Shown here piece by piece: positions 60,126-64,000 of a stretch of 64,000 bases of DNA (position 1 is the stretch's first letter; every line of letters starts with the position of its first letter). A program made the translations under genes and the position numbers. The notes beneath the pieces were generated by a model. It did no database searches and was not told the DNA's origin. It saw only the letters and a program-made list of their open reading frames with translations. This stretch comes from Thermoproteota archaeon (GTDB lineage: Archaea; Korarchaeota; Korarchaeia; Korarchaeales; Korarchaeaceae), in NCBI GenBank assembly GCA_027491735.1, contig JAOZGP010000023.1:32001-96000 (forward strand). Direction: 5' to 3'.

Positions 60126-60148
60126 TGTACCGATCGATATGGGGTGAC

Positions 60149-60529
60149 ATGAGAATGAGGGTGGCTGTCCCCAGCGTGGATGGGAGAGGTCTCGAGAGCG
60201 AGGTCGCGACCCACTTCGGAAGGGCTCCTTACTACACTGTAGTTGACGTGAAGGAGAACGAGATCGTCAATGTGAGAGCTGTCAGGCAGCCCTTTTCCCA
60301 ACACGCCCCGGGAGATATACCTAATTTCCTTAAGTCTCTTGGAGTTGATGTTGTACTTGCTTACGGAATGGGAGTGAGAGCTCAGGAGTTCTTCAGCTCG
60401 TTGGGAATAAGGGTTGTGACCGGAGCTCTTGGAAGGATCGGCGACGTCGTCAAGAGGTTTCTCTCGGGGACCCTCATCACTGACGATAGCTGGCGACTGT
60501 CGGAGGAGTTTAGAGCTCATAAGCGTTAA
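60149..60529 (+). CDS. NifB/NifX-family (FeMo-cofactor biosynthesis domain) protein
   Basis: MRVAVPS...HFGRAPYY...GVDVVLAYGMGVRA. ATG 60149 follows a GGGGTG RBS; the longer 59459 ORF start is rejected. Confidence 0.85.
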   Translation: MRMRVAVPSVDGRGLESEVATHFGRAPYYTVVDVKENEIVNVRAVRQPFSQHAPGDIPNFLKSLGVDVVLAYGMGVRAQEFFSSLGIRVVTGALGRIGDVVKRFLSGTLITDDSWRLSEEFRAHKR

Positions 60530-60655
60530 TTTTGAGTTTTCCGCGTTTTTATCGATTCAGAGAAGGAGCTCGGAATCTCGAGCATGTTCGACCGGCGGAT
60601 CGACGCACATCCAAGCGATTACTTATTTAAATTTCATGAAGTGTGTTTTCATGAT

Positions 60656-61111
60656 ATGACTAGAACTCTGATAGAAGTTGTTGTAACTGTCATAGTGATG
60701 ATCCTAGCTCTATCCGTGATCTTTCTTACCGGAAAAGTAAGCCTCAAGAAGACATCAGAGCTCGTAGTCCCTCGCTCCTTTCGCTTGGATATTCTGGGGA
60801 CTAGAGGGAACGCCGCTGTGTCCGGTGGAAGGGCGCTCATCGTGTACGTGATGAACCTCGGTCCAGATGATCTTGACAGTTCTGTGGCCCTCAATCGGGA
60901 GAAGTGGCTTGTTATCATCAAGAACTCGTCGGGTGAATTTTCATCGCATCCAGATGAGATAAGGGAGATCTTCGGTCACCACGACTCCTCGTTCTCGAGG
61001 GGCGAGGTGTGGACGCTCATCTGCAAGGGCCTATCTCAGGAGAGAGGAAAAAGTTACTCAGTCAAGGTGTTCGGGCCGGGTAACTCCCACGGCATCCACA
61101 TAAGCCCGTAG
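60656..61111 (+). CDS. Archaeal pilin / FlaG(ArlG)-like protein
   Basis: MTRTLIEVVV plus hydrophobic helix; VYVMNLG, FSRGEVW and YSVKVFGPG motifs. Confidence 0.6.
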   Translation: MTRTLIEVVVTVIVMILALSVIFLTGKVSLKKTSELVVPRSFRLDILGTRGNAAVSGGRALIVYVMNLGPDDLDSSVALNREKWLVIIKNSSGEFSSHPDEIREIFGHHDSSFSRGEVWTLICKGLSQERGKSYSVKVFGPGNSHGIHISP

Positions 61112-61115
61112 GTGA

Positions 61116-61631
61116 GTGTCCATGGTCTCCAGAGCCGTGTCGGAAGTTATCTTTGTGGTGGGGATTGTCATCCTAGCTATAGTTGTGGCTATTCCGCTGG
61201 GAAACTATGTAATGAACGTCAATCGACCGGAACATTTTGAGGGAGGAAGATATCAGCTGGAGATCCTGAACGTGAGGCCTCGAGCTTTTCTAGGAGGGGT
61301 TCCTTGCCTTGCGGTTTACGTGAAGAACACGGGAAAGATCGGCGTGCCCAACACAACTATACCTGGGGTATATCCGAGCATCTGCGCTCTTAATTCCTCT
61401 TTGAGGGGGGTTTTCTGGCCCGCTGCTGTGGTCAACTCCAGCGGATACTTCCTAGTCAACGTATCAGAGCTGAGCTACATATGCAGGTCGGGCCCCGGTG
61501 ACGAGCTGACGCCCGAGAGCACCTGGGTCATATATTACCCGTCCCTAGCTCAGGAGAACAACGAGTCCTTCGCCGCCTACCTCTACGGACCGGGAGGTGC
61601 CAGAGCTGTGTTCTACCACCACCCACCCTGA
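61116..61631 (+). CDS. Archaeal pilin / FlaG(ArlG)-like protein
   Basis: VSRAVSEVIF plus hydrophobic helix; VYVKNTG and YLYGPGG motifs. Confidence 0.65.
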   Translation: MSMVSRAVSEVIFVVGIVILAIVVAIPLGNYVMNVNRPEHFEGGRYQLEILNVRPRAFLGGVPCLAVYVKNTGKIGVPNTTIPGVYPSICALNSSLRGVFWPAAVVNSSGYFLVNVSELSYICRSGPGDELTPESTWVIYYPSLAQENNESFAAYLYGPGGARAVFYHHPP

Positions 61632-61786
61632 CGTGTGTGGAGGCTCTCATCGATCGGATTCTCCGTCATGCGTTAAGTGCATGTCCTCCCGTCGATTGGT
61701 CGCTTAAAACAGCTGATGAATATCTCTGAGAAGTTGAATCATTGAAACCTCATTCTTCTGAGGCCATCAACAGTGCAGCGGGCAGG

Positions 61787-62590
61787 CTAGACTGATTCCT
61801 CCGGTGAGCTCTCCGGCGAGATCTCTGAGGAATTATCCTCGGGCTCCACGATCAACTCGTAAACCTCACCCCTGGATTCAGCCTGAGAACACTTGTATTT
61901 CCTTCCCTCCAGCTCCGATAGGCACCCCGCTACGATCCCTCGAAGGAAATTGATCCCGCCAAGCACATGCTCGAAGGGATTCTCCAGCTCCAGGATCAGC
62001 TTACCTTGGCTTCTGCGCCAGGATCCTCCGGAGATCCAACCTAGTGCCCTCATGATGTTCAGACAGGCGTTCAGATATTCCTCCTTGGAGGGGGCTTCCA
62101 GGTAGCGCCGGTGATCCCGGTGTGCTGCCCGGCCCACATCCAGTCCAACGAGATACATCAGCGCCCTCAACGCCTCTTCTCCAAAGTGCTTCTTTAGTAG
62201 TCGAAAAGCCACCGGTAGCCAGCTCATGCGCAGGATTATGGCCCTTCCTCCGAGAGTCATCAGCCGGCTGTGGTGCCTACCACATACGAGACCTCCCCTG
62301 TGCACGCTGTACTCCAGCCTGTCGATGATGCTCTCCTCGCGAAGGGCATCCAACAGGTCCTCAACGCGGTCCTCCTCTATGACCAAAAAGGTGCACCACC
62401 AGGCCTTCCCGGGTTCATCGGACTTGTGAGTCATGCCCCATTTTACGTCGCCTCCGTGATCCCTTACTTTCGCAGCAATTAGCGCTAAAGCCCCAGGAAC
62501 ATCCTCTAAGAGCAGAGAAAGCTCCAGAACAACCTTGCCCTTCTCGGGGGTGAGAAAGAAGGCTGTGTGTATTGGAAGGTCGTGCATCAC
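61787..62590 (-). CDS. ACT plus V4R-domain small-molecule-sensing protein
   Basis: N-terminal ACT EDVPGALA; C-terminal V4R-like RALGW...ENPFE...FLRGIVAGCLS. Confidence 0.75.
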   Translation of the reverse strand: MMHDLPIHTAFFLTPEKGKVVLELSLLLEDVPGALALIAAKVRDHGGDVKWGMTHKSDEPGKAWWCTFLVIEEDRVEDLLDALREESIIDRLEYSVHRGGLVCGRHHSRLMTLGGRAIILRMSWLPVAFRLLKKHFGEEALRALMYLVGLDVGRAAHRDHRRYLEAPSKEEYLNACLNIMRALGWISGGSWRRSQGKLILELENPFEHVLGGINFLRGIVAGCLSELEGRKYKCSQAESRGEVYELIVEPEDNSSEISPESSPEESV

Positions 62591-63035
62591 ATCCCTCCTA
62601 ACTCGATAACATCTTTATTAAAAATTTTATTTTTCCAGCGTAGCTATATGCCGACGTCGTTAGGTGGTGATGGATCTTCCAGCACTCGACCTCGATCAAC
62701 TGCCCAAGCGAGGACCCTGAAGGAGCTGCTTGTGATGCATCTCCGACAAAGCTACCGGATAACAGCCCTCATCCCTCAGAACTCCAGCTAAGCACAGAAA
62801 AGGATCTGAAAGCCTTGTGCCCTCTTCTCAAGGAGATGTCCTAGATGAGCTGCAATGAAGGCCGGTTCCAAGGAAGACGAACGTCTTCAGAATTTTTATC
62901 CTGCAGTCGCTTTGATAACGATTCATGAAAGTAGTTAAGGGCTATCGACAACAAGTAACCGCTTTCCTAAGCGCGAACTCAGGAGCTTCATCAGAGGATA
63001 ACCCTCGAGTAAAAAAAAGGGTTGAAGACAACACC

Positions 63036-63461
63036 TCATGGACTGTACAGGTATTGGGTCATGGTGTTTTGTGGTCCGTAGACCACAATGTTGTGTTGCT
63101 CGGTGGAGGAGATGCCTGTGAGGTTAACCGTCAGGGTTACTGTGGAATCCTTACTCCAAGTACCGGTAGCAGAAACATCTGTGACATTAACGCTTTTTTG
63201 GTCAACGAACACCTGGAAGTCGGTTGTTCCGCTTATGGTTAAATCATTTGGACCCAAGTTCTTTACGTAGATCGTCCCGCTACTGCTGTTCCAACCACTA
63301 GCGCTGAGTATCTGTATCGTGCTCGTGCCGCCGACGGTGGAGGTCCTTCCCAAAGCTCCGAATATGTATGAGGATATCGGCGAGAATATCAGCAAGGCTA
63401 AAGCCACTGCTATGACCAGTATTATTATCTCAACAACCACACGGGAAACTCCAGGCCTGAT
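63036..63461 (-). CDS. Archaeal pilin / FlaG(ArlG)-like protein (Ser/Thr-rich)
   Basis: (IRPG)VSRVVVEIIIL plus hydrophobic helix; IYVKNLG and HNIVVYGP motifs; several NxS/T sequons; T-run terminator at 63011-63018. Start uncertain (GTG 63440 or upstream non-canonical). Confidence 0.7.
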   Translation of the reverse strand: MRPGVSRVVVEIIILVIAVALALLIFSPISSYIFGALGRTSTVGGTSTIQILSASGWNSSSGTIYVKNLGPNDLTISGTTDFQVFVDQKSVNVTDVSATGTWSKDSTVTLTVNLTGISSTEQHNIVVYGPQNTMTQYLYSP

Positions 63462-63605
63462 TAAGGTTTCTCACCTCTCTCTGATCTGGGGATAAGAGCT
63501 ATTAAAAGTTTACGTGAAAAAGCTCGCGTGAACGACGGACTGTTTTGTAGATACGACCTTCTCACGGACGCGACTCTTAGGCCTGAAAGTTTCTGTTTAC
63601 GCAAG

Positions 63606-63625
63606 TGTTTACATCGATGTAGACA
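63606..63625. promoter_or_regulatory. Near-perfect 20-bp palindrome upstream of the pilin gene
   Basis: TGTTTACATCGATGTAGACA with perfect 12-bp core TACATCGATGTA; additional GTTTAC half-sites at 63508 and 63595. Confidence 0.4.
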
Positions 63626-64000
63626 AGACTAATTGATATCATGGAAATTTCAAGGAATGAAGCGGCCACAACGACTGGGAAGAAGATCGACCTCACATCG
63701 CTTGAGAGGAAGAAGAGATAGCACAGAGGCCAGGCGGTTTGATGACCATCTGAGGAGGGAACGTTGGCTGAGATAAAAGCAACAGGAAGCTCAGATGTCT
63801 ACACACCCTGCAGGTGTGGCTTCCTGAACTTCTGTGTGGATGGTGCCCTGAACTTCCTGAAGAAAGTGGCTGGGGAGCCGAGTTCGTCAAAAGCTGAGGA
63901 GATCTTCTCGAGGCCACGAGAATTTCCACATGAGTATGTATATCCTGCAGATCTTGATAGCGGACGGTCTCGACGAGCTGCCGGAGGACATGGGCAGATG

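Noticed and set aside
59459-60148. 230-aa N-terminal extension of the NifB/NifX ORF
   Set aside because: It overlaps the divergent IPCT/DIPPS gene and promoter DNA and has non-protein-like composition; a good RBS and ATG exist at 60149.
61713-61761. Possible C/D-box sRNA (TGATGA ... CTGA, 49 nt)
   Set aside because: Internal C'/D' boxes are ambiguous and the guides are AT-rich with no target I can identify; a snoscan-type search would be needed.
1-64000. CRISPR array, rRNA, tRNA or IS transposase
   Set aside because: No regularly spaced repeat-spacer series, cloverleaf/T-loop signature, rRNA-like tract or transposase motif was seen by eye.
63764-64000. Plus-strand open frame from TTG 63764 running off the window
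   Set aside because: No recognisable motif and competing frames; it cannot be judged without downstream sequence.

Overview
A 64-kb window from a gene-dense (hyper)thermophilic archaeon. Evidence: archaeal-type SAM synthetase, AbrB-PhoU regulator, IPCT/DIPPS, HerA/NurA, FlaG-like pilins, GGTGA ribosome-binding sites and TATA-like promoters. A Korarchaeota-like origin is my inference only. Housekeeping content: hisZGDBHA operon, pstSCAB, a polar amino-acid ABC transporter, a split liv ABC locus, lysC-asd, fused guaA, a divergent PEP carboxykinase, malic enzyme, trpB2, mptA-tpt1 and a type II pantothenate kinase with an ECF S component. I found no rRNA, tRNA or CRISPR array. The best candidate for a new system is 30.5-35.7 kb: a stand-alone nurA-herA operon (no mre11/rad50) whose HerA carries a 396-aa intein in Walker A. 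It shares an AT-rich divergent promoter with a CARF-wHTH (Csa3/DUF6293-like) regulator coupled to a wHTH-Zn-ribbon gene. Other highlights: a 676-aa beta-class DNA methyltransferase containing a second, degenerate MTase half with Zn-ribbon and HTH; a long nested hairpin upstream of a NifB/NifX-family gene; a hairpin cluster between pstB and hisZ; a 50/51-nt identical tract between pstA and pstC; an IPCT/DIPPS with an extra membrane domain; and several gene relics (cobN-like, frameshifted DNA ligase). All family assignments come from motif recognition by eye; no database searches were run.
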